Part shown: piece by piece, positions 50,591 to 63,099 of the stretch
Layout of the letters: each line of letters opens with the position of its first letter
Position numbering within the stretch: position 1 is the stretch's first letter
Translations under genes and position numbers: made by a program
NCBI RefSeq assembly: GCF_030144855.1
Contig: NW_026781254.1
Span: 124,001 to 188,000, forward strand
Origin: Hypanus sabinus
Lineage: Eukaryota
Length of the DNA stretch: 64,000 bases
Direction of reading: 5' to 3'
The notes under the pieces: generated by a model
What the model was told of the DNA's origin: nothing
Databases searched by the model: none
What the model saw: the letters and a program-made list of their open reading frames with translations, nothing else

Positions 50591-50932
50591 ACAATGACGG
50601 ATGTGAGTGTCAGTGGATTGGCGCCCTTCCTAGCGAGGTGAAATTATGAAACAGTGATGATGTGGGTACCAACTCAATTGACAAGAGAGGAAAACACTTT
50701 CATCAAAAGACGGAAAATGCAAATGAAACGATTAGAAGCCTGAATCATCCATTCCGGAAACACGATTCAGCCGACGGTAGTATCTGTGCTCAGTAACAGT
50801 GCGGATACCGCAGCAGAGTAACGACGGCACCATACATAAAGTAACCAGCTCCGGCATTTTACCAGGGACACCAACCGCTACAAGTGTAGGAAAAAAAATG
50901 CTCGCGATGTAGTAAATCGCCGGATATCCCAT
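49554..50932 (-). pseudogene. GPR139-like class A GPCR pseudogene, copy 1 (exon 1 50863-50932, exon 2 49554-50443)
   Basis: Exon 1 MGYPAIYYIASIFFPTLVAVGVP, then a phase-1 GT-AG intron; MATADL, FTFDRF and NTCIY motifs. Premature stops TGA 50412-50414 and TAG 49683-49685; last codons replaced by a CR1. Confidence 0.88.
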
Positions 50933-51889
50933 ATTCCGTCAGAAGCAGCGTTCAGTTGTACGGAGCGTTTCAGCTGCTCAGATGGACTGGTGATCGGTTT
51001 AGCAGACTTTTATTGAGGTGAGAGCAATTCCACTGAGGCAATTAGCGTGGCGATCACGTCAGGGACATTAGTGACAACCAACTGCACCAACAATTTGGTT
51101 AAACTATTTTTACTCATTGTTCCCGTGTCGTAAGCTATTCTCCTCAAGGGATATTGCAATCTATGTACTTTAAACTAAAATATGATGTGAATTCTCCATG
51201 TTATTTTCCATAATACCTGGCTTCAGGGAATTAATTTTTTTTAATATATCTGTGTTGCGTTTAAAGTGGGCATTCATCTTGAAGTCGAGTGATGTTGTAA
51301 CATTTGACGGCGCACATTCGCTTCTGAAATTGAGGGAAAGATTTGTTCTGGCGGGTGAAATGGAGAACACTTCTTTATTAAAGGGGAGCATTCGTTCATT
51401 CTTTTCTTTCTTTGGTTCGAGTCATTCCGGCTGGTGTGAGTGATGGAATAAACAATAACAGCTGACATGTATTACAATAACACTGCGCATATTCCTCCGA
51501 ACAATTTAAATGATCAACAGCGATATTCCAGAGTGCTGTGGTCAAAAGGGGAGCGTGTCTTCGGGTAATTAGCGAATGCTGTGGACAATTTGAGGAACAA
51601 TGTTTTCCAGTGCACACATGGGCCGTTTGGCAGGAAGCTGACCTCTGCCGGTGAATGACTTGACCACCAACACCCGTGACCTGCGATGCAGTCTATTTAA
51701 CTTTAAAGATATGCTCAAACCTGCCACAATTCTACCACTATTTCTACATCCATTCTCAGTTTGAACCAATGTAGTAATTCAATTCTGTGAACAACCCGCA
51801 AATTCTCAGACTGTTCTATTATTTACCATGAATTTGTATTTTTTCTCCTGATTTACTGTCGAGTATATTGCCTTTCTGTGTCATTTAAG

Positions 51890-52045
51890 GTAAAATTGGA
51901 TAGGAATATGGACAGGAATGGAGTGGAGGGTTATGGGCTGTGTGCGAGTATGTGGGACGAGGTGAGATTAAGAGTTCGGCACGGACTAGGAGGGCCGAGA
52001 TGGCCTGTTTCCGTGTTGTGATTGTTATATGGTTATATGGTTATA
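51890..52045 (+). mobile_element. Very short CR1 3' end
   Basis: ggactaggagggccgagatggcctgtttccgtg followed by a (ttatatgg)n tail. Confidence 0.75.
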
Positions 52046-52799
52046 AGTAAGGGCAGATCAGCGGATGTGTTCAAGCTCACCTGTCAATCACACTTCCTTC
52101 TGCTCCTGCAGTGCACCGCTCCGTGCCGATTGTGGTTCTCGGACAGATGCACGGGCCTCGGCTTATTGGAGAAAGTCTCATCACTCTGTTTCCATTGTGG
52201 AACCCATACTAATTGTGCGGCCCTCGGTTGTAACGAGAAAGTATCATCTCTGCTTTCAACTTCATAATTCCAAAGAGAATCACTTTCTATCTTTCCGTGT
52301 TGAACTCCATCTGTAACTGCTCCGCGCTGCCCTGCGTCCTGACACTGTCCTGTTGTAAACAGTGACACACTTCTATACTCTCCGCAATCGCACCAACCTT
52401 CAAATCTCTGAAAATACAATAAACCTCCCTTCCACCTCCTCATACAAATCATTCATTGAAGCACAACAATCCGGAGGTCTCAGAACAGATCTCTGAAGGA
52501 CTCCACAGTTCACCGACATCCAGGGAGAAAATGCTCCATCCAGAACTAACCTTTGCCTTCTGTGCACCTAGATACCAAACCTTCTGACGTTATGAATGGT
52601 CCTACCATGGCAATACTTAAAGTCTTGTTAAAATCCATTCATATCAGATCAATTATCACCCAATTTATTTCCAGAAGACCACGCAACAAGCACGTTCTCC
52701 CATCTGTTTCTCTCTTCCATTGACTCCACCTTAGCTCGGGCGAGTGCAAAGATGTCAATTATCCTCATCCCCCAGAGGCAATCTGGAAATGGTTGCCCA

Positions 52800-53990
52800 A
52801 CTCCTTCACCCACATCACCGTCAATTACCTGAGACATAACTCTAAGAGGATCATCTCATCTCGGCCCATGGAATCCCATTGACAATATGTTTTCTGGAAC
52901 TCAGCTACTAGAGGACGTTGACTATCTCCAAGGGGTTTGAGTTGGTTAATATTATATCACCCTAACTTGTTTGGAGCAGTCTGGATGTAATATACTGATG
53001 GAATTGCTTTGTTAGCGATATCATATGTCCCTGCAAATCGCGGAGCTCTAAAGGGGCTTTGGCTGATGTAGTGAGTTCGAAACCTTCTGTCCTACTTCCG
53101 ACACCCGCTGTTTTGTTCGCACCTCGAAATAAGCTTTGCTTTGCTCTTTCTTCCGTCCCTTAGTATGGGCGACATCAGAATGAGCTACCTTAATAGAGTC
53201 AATTAATTGCTGCTTGCATTTGTACTTTTCAATGCCATCATACACGGTCTGTGATAAATCTAGCCCAAAGAGGATCCTAACCATTTCATTTTAGATAACA
53301 TTGCCCTTTAAGTTCTGTTCACCCGTTCAGCAAATGCACTCGGTAAAGGATACAAACTTGTGTCGCTAGAGAGCTTCGCAATCCCCAAAGAGTAGAAGCT
53401 CTGTCCAACAAAATCCTGGCTGTAACGTCAGCGGTTTTCATTATCTAGTTGGGAAAGTCTCTCTCCACTTGGTGAACGCATCCACTATCTCGAAGATATA
53501 TTTCAGTCCTGCAGATGATGGAGCGGTCGATCCAACAAAATAACCCTGCAAGTTATCACGTGGTCCCTCAAGGGACGTATCCTGAAACTGCTTTTCTCGC
53601 CGATTTATCTGGGTTCTCACTGGGCACAAATCAAAAAATTCTTGCAATAATGTACATTTCCTCGAAGATTTGGTCACCAACACAGATTCTTCAACTGTTC
53701 CACAGTTCTATCTGCTCTTTGATGCCCACAAATGTCATGCTGCCAATACATCGTCTGGTTTCTTCACAATTCCGGACCTTAAATTTACCACGATCAAGGA
53801 TAATCCAAATCCGTGCCTGTATCCATCGAAATTTCCCATAGTCTTCAGAGTCCTTTCCTGTTCGTAGCTTTGCTAAGTCCTGGTCCTATTGCTGTGTCAC
53901 GACTAAGTCTATATCTGCTTTTTCTGTCATTCCTACCTCTACATCTGAATTCCATTTCACGATGCAACTTGATTCTAGTTTGGGTAACTC
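52800..53990 (-). mobile_element. Old Gypsy/LTR integrase remnant
   Basis: KYIFEIVDAFTKWRETFPTR in ORF 53441..53683. Confidence 0.65.
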
Positions 53991-54629
53991 ACCAGCCCTC
54001 CTGCTCTCTTCCGTGGATGTCTTAAAGTGAGTCTACACCTTCTTAATCCATCAGTGTGATGATAAATGTTTGCCTTTTTTGGGATATAACCTCTCGATTC
54101 CGATAACGGTAAATATTCAGTCAAAGCACATGAGCATCCAGTGAATGAAGGGAGATGGATCATGTACTGACAACAGAGTTTAGTTTCATTCGGTATCTTG
54201 TTCAGCGCAGGAGTAGTGAGCCACAGGGCTTATTCCTGTTCTCTACTGTTCCATGATCTCAACATGTCCAGGTGATGTGGAAGATTCCCGGCTGTGCAGT
54301 GACATAGGCCCGATCGGCAATTTCTCAGAGTTCATCAGTCAACCGCCTGCTTCAATGTGGAACTTTGGATGATTCCAGATGTCAAACTGTAGCTTCCCTC
54401 GCTATCCTACTCACAAATATTCTCAGTGCTGCACCGAGCAACGTAATTACTGTTACGAATCGTAAGTGTTTAGAAGCGAATCAACAGCAATAGATTATGT
54501 ACTGAATCAGGTTCCAACGTTGAAAGTACTATATGTGAGTGATCATAATATCATATTCCTCCAGAATCAAACCTCGTTGTTGAATTAGAGTTTGATTTGC
54601 CTTCTTAACCATGTTCCTTAACTAGTGGC

Positions 54630-56525
54630 ACGGCCAAATACACTCTTAGCTTAGTTGACTGTAAGATTGGTCTTCGAGAGCCTTTTAAACAACTTTTCCA
54701 ATGCAGAGGTATGTGTTTCCCATGTGTCACATCCTGTAACTAAATCATCAATATAGTCATCTGTGTGTTTCAGCCCTCGAATTATAGAATGAATCATTCT
54801 CTGGAATGTTCCTGGTGCATTTTTCATTCCAAATGGCAAAGCATTCTGTTCATACAACGCAGAAGATGTTGCAAATGACGGAGTTTCTCTACCTCTATCC
54901 GTTAATGGAACACCCCAGTACCCTCTTAACCAATCAATCTTTGTAAGAAACTTAGCATTTCCAACCTTGTCTATGTAATCATCCGCTCTGCGGATAGGAT
55001 AAGCATCTGTTTTTGTTACAGTATTCACCTTTCCATAATCAGTGCAAAACATAACACCACCATCTGGTTTAGGCACAATAACACAAGGCGAACTCCAAAC
55101 TGATTTAGAAGGCATAAAAATACAATTTTTCTACATATACTCAATTACTTGTTCAGCATGTTTACATTTCTCCATGTCATGCGACAAGGATGTCGTTTAA
55201 ACGGTTTAGCATGACCGACATCAAGGAAAGCTATTGCGTTCACTTCGGGACATCGGGAAGTAAATCCTTAAATGTCATAATTAACTGTTTCATCTCCAAT
55301 GACTGTAAATGGAACAGTTTTTCATCAATGTACTCGAGTTCGTTAATTTAGTTGAAACAATGTTCGGTTTATGATAAACGTCAGACCGGTCAATGAATTC
55401 ATTGCCACTGTTGTCAGACTCATTGTTACATTCCAACCTGGTCACAGCTGCGCATTGTTAATCGAATTATGGTTTTCCCATGTTTACTTTTACCAGCTGT
55501 GTTGGCTTCCGTCGGTCTTGTGTTTTGACTAAATAATTAACATCATTGATGCTAGCCAAAACATCATAAAGGCCATGGTATCTCGCCAGAAGTGTGTTCG
55601 TTAAAGTCGGTAAAAATATTAATACATTGTCACACTTTTGGAATGTTCTCATCCTGCCTTGATAATCAAAATATGTTTTCATCCTGTTTTGAGAAACATT
55701 TAGGTTTTCCTTCGCTAGGCTACAGGCTTTAAGTAATCTATTTTTGAATTTCAAAATGTCATCCAGCAAATTGATATGCATGCCCTGATTAATCCACTGT
55801 TCCTTTAACAGGGTCAAATGTCCTCGAAACCTAAGACCAAATACGGGTTCAAATTGACTAAAGCCGATTGAATCCAGTACAGATTCCGTCACTGCGAATA
55901 AAAGTAATTGAATTCCCTCATCCCAATCCTTTTCATTTTGAACACAGTTTGGCACAACCGTTGTTCTGAGGGTAGAATGGAATCTTTCCAAACCCCGTTG
56001 TGATTCCGGATGGTACGTAGACGACATAATCTTCTTAGCTCCCAGTTCATAAACTACCTGCTGGAATAATCCGGACGTAAAATTGCTTCATTGATCTCAC
56101 TGAATTCCTTTAGGAAAACTAAATAAAGTAAAAAAAAACCACAACAGCAATTTTATAAGAAATTTCGACACAGTTTTGGCTTTTATGTTTCTGAGAGGTA
56201 TTGCCTCGGGAAATTTATATGCTCTACACATGATCGTTAGCAAATATTGATGAGCAGCTTTATTCTTTGGCAATGGGCAAACACATTCCACAATAACTTT
56301 AGAAAAGGGTTCACCAATTACCGTAAAATGTTACAATGGGACCACTGGGGTGACCTGATTAGGTTTAACCACAACCTGACAACAGTGACAAGTTCTGGAA
56401 AATTTTGCAACATCTTTCCTCAAATTGGTCTGAAGAACTGTTTCGAAATTTTGTTCAGGTCCATAATTCACTGAAAGTTGTGGCGCAGTTCCACAGGGTC
56501 TTGAAAAAAGAAGGTTTTCCCACAT
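54630..56525 (-). mobile_element. Gmr1-like Gypsy fragment with integrase upstream of RT
   Basis: Integrase ORFs 56331..56525 (CHCCQ), 56097..56291 and 55467..56027 (YHPESQRGLERFH) precede RT ORF 54651..55115 (WSSP, LPFGMKNAPGTFQR, YIDD) on the same strand. Confidence 0.85.
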
Positions 56526-57369
56526 TTGACTTCATAGGCCGAATTACTGAGTATAGCAGTTAGGACGTTATGTTGATACTGTTTAAAACTTTATTGGGGC
56601 CTAATTTGGAATATTGTATCCTGTTGGGCTCCACTACCTGCAGGAAAGATGTAAATAAGTTTGAATGAATACAGAAAAATATTATACTGTTATTGCCGGG
56701 ACTGGTTGTATTGAATTGAATGGAAAGATTACATTTGTTAGCACTTTATTCCCAAGCGGGTAGAAGACTGAAGGGAGATTTGATAGAGGTATACAAAATG
56801 ATAAGGCAGTGTAAATGCCAGCAGGTTTTCTCCACCGAGGTTGGGCGAGATTACAACTGGAGATCGTGGGTGAATGGTGAAATGTGGAACGTTTAAGAGA
56901 AACATGAAGGGAAACTTCTTCACCCAAAGGGTCAACAGAGTGTAGACAATGCTGCCCCCACAAATGGTAATTGAGATTCCGATGTCAACGTTTATAAGAT
57001 GATTAGGAAAATATACGGATGAGAGGGATATAAATGGACACGGTCCGGGTGAGGTCGATGGCAGTAGGCAAATTAAGTAACTCACTGACTGGACGGGATG
57101 GAGACCCTGTTTCTGTGCAATGGTTTCCTATGGCTGACTGACTGTATGTCTGGGTTAGAGCTTTAGTGTCTCACAACACCGACCAATCTAGAAACTCGGT
57201 GATACTGTTCGTCCCTCTGTCCTTGCACACACTGGAGACTGAGTTAATGGATGACTATAGCATGAGAAGATGCAAGCTTTGGAGGCTGTTTATTCTGTAT
57301 TCCCCAATTGCTTGCGATGGTTTTGAAGGAGCCCGGATATTTGCTTTGCCTTCTCTGCGTTTTAGTTGA

Positions 57370-57745
57370 GTACATGGCTGAAAAGGATATGGATGGCCAT
57401 GGTCCGTGTGCGGGTCGCTGGGAGTAGGCAGTTTGAATAATTCCTCAGACACCTGAAGGGCTGAAGACCCTGTTTCTGTGCAGTGGTTCCCTGTGATGAT
57501 TACCTAGTTGAAAGGGATATGGATGGCCATGGTCCGTGTGCGGGTCGCTGGGAGCAGGCAGTTTGAATAATTCTTGTAGGGCTGAAGACCCTATTTCTGT
57601 GCAGTGGTTCCCTGTGATGAGTACATAGTTGAAAGCGATATGGATGGCCATGGTCCGTGTGCGGGTCGCTGGGAGCAGGCAGATTGAATAATTCCTCGGG
57701 CACCTGACGGGCTGGAGACCCAGTTTCTGTGCAGTGTTTTCCTAT
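57370..57745 (+). repeat. Three tandem copies of a 120-130 bp unit derived from a CR1 3' end
   Basis: gatatggatggccatggtccgtgtgcgggtcgctgggag recurs in units starting near 57370, 57501 and 57622. Confidence 0.9.
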
Positions 57746-59259
57746 ACCTGTCTGACTGTATGTCTGGGATAGAACGTTAGCGTCTCTCAGCACCGACCGA
57801 TCTAGAAAGTCGATGATACTGTTCGATCCCTCTGTCCTTGCACACACTGAAGCGTGGGGATTGACCAAAATGGATGGTTACTGCATGAAAAGATGGAAGT
57901 GCATGTGTGAGATGATGAGGGGAGTATCACACTATAGGTAAGGCGGTAAAGACAGTAGTTCCAGGTTGGAGGTGGGTGTGACAGTGATCCCAGTACAGGG
58001 AACAGATCTATTGCTTCATCGGTGGTAACTGGGATTATTCGCCACTGTACTATACAACAAAGGGTCATTTAATCCGAATCCTACCCTTGGTCAGAAATTG
58101 GAGATCAGAAATCCTGGAAGTCGTTGGAGGTTTGGAGTTGTGGAGACGTCATGTTTTAATTGTGTTGAATAGATTCTCGTGGATGATGCGTTTCCGCCTG
58201 CGTTTCACTCTCTTGGAGTCGAAAGGGTTTAATAAGTGCTGTATAATTCCAATTACAGTTGTTTGTTAACCATTGAATAAATAAGAATATGCCATTTTCT
58301 GCGATATTTTGAAAATATGAATGCATTGCAGTTTTGAAATATAACACGAGGTTTGGACATAAGTGAGTTCAATTAAAAAAGAGAGAGAGAAAGTTTGCGG
58401 TCATGAATAGCTTTATGTGAGTTGCGTGTTTCTTTTCTTGGTGTTGGGGGGTGATTGAATTAATCTTGTTTTTGCTATACACGTGACAAAAAAAATGATA
58501 TCACCTTGCGAGAAGTGATGCCCAGGAACTGATCCGAAATTCGAAGGCTTCGTATCACTCCGAAATTCTATGAAGTGTTAGTGTATGCGAGTCTCAGCTG
58601 TCTCCATCTCACTCTCCTAAGTTAGAATACGTGCTGAGGCCTTTTGCTTTGGAACTTGCTTATTCTGTATTCTCCAATTGACCGCGATGGTGTTGATGGA
58701 AGACAAGTGTCAGCACGGGTGTTCGCATTGCTCGCTGTGTTGTTAGTTTGTGTCGTTTGGTATAATTCATTTATTATTAATTTCAGAGGGAGACAGGGAT
58801 TTCACACTGGACATGCGGATTCAGGGTTAAATGGACCGAGGTTTGAGCGTATCTGCATCCGATACGATAAAACCACGACTCAGAGGTATTGGGATAAATT
58901 GATGCGTCCTTGAATTGTCATTCTGGAAGGCTGGTTATTTTAATGAGCAGCAGAAGCTGCTCTGAACACATTTAATTGCTGGTATTAAGTTGTACTTCTC
59001 GATTGGGAAAGATTGTTTTGAAGTCATTGTAGCATGTGCCCTGTCATATGTAAATGGCAGGTCAGTTTAGATAACGTGGCGGTGTAATCAATAGCTCAGC
59101 GATTTGCTTATGTCATCAGTTCTAATTCCATAAGTTATCCAGCTGCTGCTGTGTTGTCAGATTCAATCGATTATTTCCTTCAGCCCTATTTCTCGGAGCA
59201 CTGTAACTGCAGAGTCCAGAAGTTGTAAAATATCACGAAATATCCACCCACCTAGAGGG

Positions 59260-60900
59260 ACGCGGCTGCCCGCTGTCTACCAGCCAGTATTCACTCTATC
59301 TACTACATCATCTGCCTTCTGTTAGGAAGCCAATTCTGAATCAACGCATGATTACGTGGATCCCCTGCCCTCTGACTCTTGGAATTAATACACCTACTTC
59401 GACTATTCAGATTATTCTGTTTGTCTTAATCTGGCTCATATAGGACAACATAACTCTCAAAGAGCCATGTTGTCTCTCCGTAGCCAGAATACGTTTCTCC
59501 AGATACTCATAAATTCCATCTTCAATTATCCTCTACAATAGTTTACGCACTACTGATGAAAGACTCACTGGTCTATACTTCCAACGACTATCCCTATTAT
59601 CTTGCTTCAACAAATGAATAACATTTGCCGACCTCTAATCTTCTAGTTCTACATCCGTGGCCAGGGAAAACACAAATATCCGGTCCAGAAGCTCAGCAAT
59701 GTCTTCGCTTCCCTTCCTAAATCAGCTGGACTATATTCCTTCCAGCACCGGAGAATCATCAACCATAATGTTTTCCAAGTTTCCAGCGCATCCTCTTCCT
59801 CAGCATCGGCATGTTAGAGCATATCTGCGTTTTAACGATGTGTTCACATCGATTAATGAATTCCGCGAGGAGCATCACTGCCTCCTTGGACTTCAGACAC
59901 AAGTTTTCCCCTTTTCACTCCGATCTGCCTACACTCTCTTTAGTCCTCCTTCTGTTCTTCACATTGCAACTGGCCAAGAACTTCTCAAGTGCTCTTCCAA
60001 CTTTTCTAAATCCATTTTTAAATTATCTCCTGTCTGCATTGTGACCCTCCATAACCCTATCTGCCCCTTTCCCCCTAAACCTTAAGTACCTGTCTTTCTT
60101 CCTCTTGAAAGTTGTTCCAAATATATTGTCACCCAGGGTTACATGATGCTGTCATCCTTGCCCTTCGACAATGAGACAAGCCCTTACTGAACCCCATGTC
60201 AGTGTTCCCTAAACAATCTCCGCATATCTATCGAGCTTTTCCCTGAGTGCATCATTTCCCACTGTACGTTCCCAAGTTCCTGCCAGGTACCACAATACAT
60301 CGACGACCCCCAATTAAATACCTTCCATGCTCCCTGGTCCTATCCCTGTGCAAGGTAAATGTCTGGGAGTTCAGCCCTATCATTCTGAAATGCTGACCCG
60401 CGGAGAGATCTGTCACCTGACACGTTTCTTTTTCGAATATAAGATCCGGTATGAGGTGTTCGCTAGCCTGCCTTTCTTCTTGTAGTGAAATGCATCCTTC
60501 CTAGACACAACTGAGAAATTATGCCATACCTAAACATTTGACCCTGGGAAGGTGCCAAAGTAAATTAGAGATGTTTCAGTTCCCCGTGCCGATAACATGG
60601 TGCATGTCCAGGTTCCGCTTCCCGGTTGGTTCCTCAGCGTGCCCGTTGCAGTAATTTTGTTAATCAGGTGGGCGGCTGTACAGAATACTCCAAATGGGGT
60701 GATCGCGTCCTTCATGTTTCTGTGTTCGTCTGAACAAATGGACGCTCCACGTTGTCCTCCTTTTCTGCAGCTGCGATACTATCGCTGGTTTGGCATTGCT
60801 CTCCCTTTACACACATTTAGCTAATCCTGTCCATTTTGAAACATCTAACACCCGGAAAGTCCTGAAGCCATCCCTGCCCGTGTGACAGTCGAGTGTTTTT
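59260..60900 (-). mobile_element. Old, heavily decayed CR1 ORF2 fragment
   Basis: Resembles the other minus-strand CR1 copies (agactcactggtcta, ggagagatctgtcacctga); no intact ORF. Confidence 0.6.
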
Positions 60901-61127
60901 TGATAGTTTGGAACATACTTCAACCAATGTAACAATCACGCCAGCAGCACTGAGCGTTTGTATTGCTATCTACTTGAACTATATGTAGTCAGCAATCTTC
61001 CGCCAGTTCTGCAATTTCCGGATGACCAGGAATATAATTGTTTAAATCCATCATATATGTACCAAGCCTGTTCATTGTAAAACGGCTTTATTTGAAAACT
61101 CCGCTGAATTGCAACTGGAGGTGGGCG

Positions 61128-62025
61128 TTATCTACACAGATGGCCATTTGATGTAAACACATACTTCAAACCATTCCTCAGCGCTTCTCTGAATTTCCTT
61201 TGTGTCAGTGTATAGATACAAGTATTGGTACACACGCTGAGGATTTGTAACATGAAGCCAAATTGCTGTAGGATGTATACCGGCGAACTCAAAATCTGTT
61301 CTCGTAAAAATAGTTCTGCACTTGCCATTTCAGGGAATGGGCAACATTGGACATCCAAAATAATATGAAATTAGCTGATATAGAAAACAACAAAATCATC
61401 GATTTTATGCGATTTTCCACATCGGCATCTTTCTGATTATCGGCGTTGTGCCGAAGCTTTCTGCGGACTCTATTTGCCACAACGATACGTCTTATGGTTA
61501 ACCCGTTAAACACCAGGATTAAGCCGATTGGTAGCAATGGGACTAAAATGCTGTCCAGTAATTCGTATCCTCTCCACACGGGTGAAGTGGCGTATTCATA
61601 TGTGCCGGTGCACCGCCACGGCGTGTTGTCAATGATGACGTAAGGTTCAATGGCAAAGTATAACGGGACACATCTCCCGCAGCTCACTATAACCACGATC
61701 ACGAAAACCACCGTTGCTGTTCTTTCGGTGCAGTATCGCTCCCGCAACTTTTGGCAACATATTGCGATGAAACGATCGAAGGTAAAACTGACCGTGAACC
61801 AAACAGAACAATCCTGCGTTACAGCCACAAATACAAGTGTCAGTGTGCATACAGGAGTGATGAGCAGGGATCTGGAATAAATGTAGATATTGTTGGTCTG
61901 TTCCACTAAAGCACCAACGATAACCACCATCAGATCCGCTGTTGCCATTCCAACCAGGTAACGGGTGATGCATTTGGAGAGTTCGCATTTTCCCCGAGAG
62001 AGGATCACAATCGCCGTTAAATTAA
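61128..62025 (-). pseudogene. GPR139-like class A GPCR copy 2, exon 2 (frameshifted; exon 1 not found)
   Basis: ORFs 61289..62008 and 61128..61358 are joined by a 1-nt deletion near 61293 (AGATTTTGA versus AGATATTTG in copy 1). ttgcag acceptor at 62026; DRF and NTCIY motifs. Confidence 0.88.
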
Positions 62026-63099
62026 CTGCAAGAAATTTGGAAACAAAATAGAAATACGGTCAGTTCCCTGAATGCCCCCACTCTACCGATGCTATGTCGG
62101 GTATGGTCTGTTTGGAAGTGGAAAGCGGGAATCCAGTGTGTGCGGTCTCTGTCGCTGCACTCCGACTGGAGGACAACTTTGTGGGCCGAAGGCCCTGTAT
62201 TGTGCTGTAGATTTTCTATGTTTTCTATGTTTCTATGGAATGCCTTGCCAGTGTAGACTCTTTTCCCGGGTAATACCTTTCCTCTTCATTGATTGTTCAT
62301 GGAGTGTCAGGGTTTCCAGTAGGGTGCACATAGTTCGATAGTGTGTAAATTGACGTGCTTTTAGTAGAAATAATAAAAGATACTTGTTGTTAAATACAGA
62401 TTCTCTGTATTTCATTGATCATTGGTACAAGGGATGATTCTTGTCACAGTGCTGTCCATCATTAACATTGCCCACTAATGGGACGTGCCCTCTACACAGT
62501 GTTACCATCGGGAAGGAGATACAGAAGCCTGAAAGCTCAGGCTCAGAGATTCGGGAACAGCGTTTTTCCACGCTGCCACCTGTATCTCAGTTTTGTTTTC
62601 TCTATATTTATTTTCCTGCATTTCATTGTACTGCTAGCGTAAATTTAACAATTTCGCGACGTATGTACGTGATATTAAATCTTGTTCTGATTCATTAAGT
62701 GTACCTTTGAAATCTTTGCTTTTGATTCAGATGCGGGGGGCGGTGGGGATTGTGTTAGATCGTACCTAAATTAGTTGAAAGACTATCCAGCCTCGTGTAC
62801 TGTGCTGTAATATTCTACGTTCTGTGCTCGATCGAGCGTACCATATCTTGCTATAGTAAAGTAAGTCGATTAATTATTTAAAGTTATGGCGCCTTGCTTG
62901 TCCAGACTGCTCTCAATGCGTCGGATAATAAAGTGCAGGAGAATTTAAAAAACAATAGGCCATAAATATCAGTACCGACCGCTGGATGATCTCGATAGCT
63001 TTGCTTGGAAGGGACTCGCCAAAGTGTTATGTAATGATGAATTGTTCAGACTACGCCGGTCTTAGGGTATAAAGTGAATTATCTGGTCACACAGGAACA

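Larger units (their letters stand above)
56810..62175. repeat. Segmental duplication unit 2
   Basis: Colinear with unit 1, with additional internal duplications at about 57010-57745. Confidence 0.88.

Noticed and set aside
51005-51016. TATA-like AATAAAAG about 75 bp upstream of the GPCR copy 1 ATG (minus strand)
   Set aside because: Position is plausible, but a single weak motif at a pseudogene is not enough to call a promoter.
57370-57745. CRISPR-like repeat array
   Set aside because: The units are whole tandem duplicates of a CR1 3' end with no unique spacers, there are no cas genes, and the context is vertebrate.
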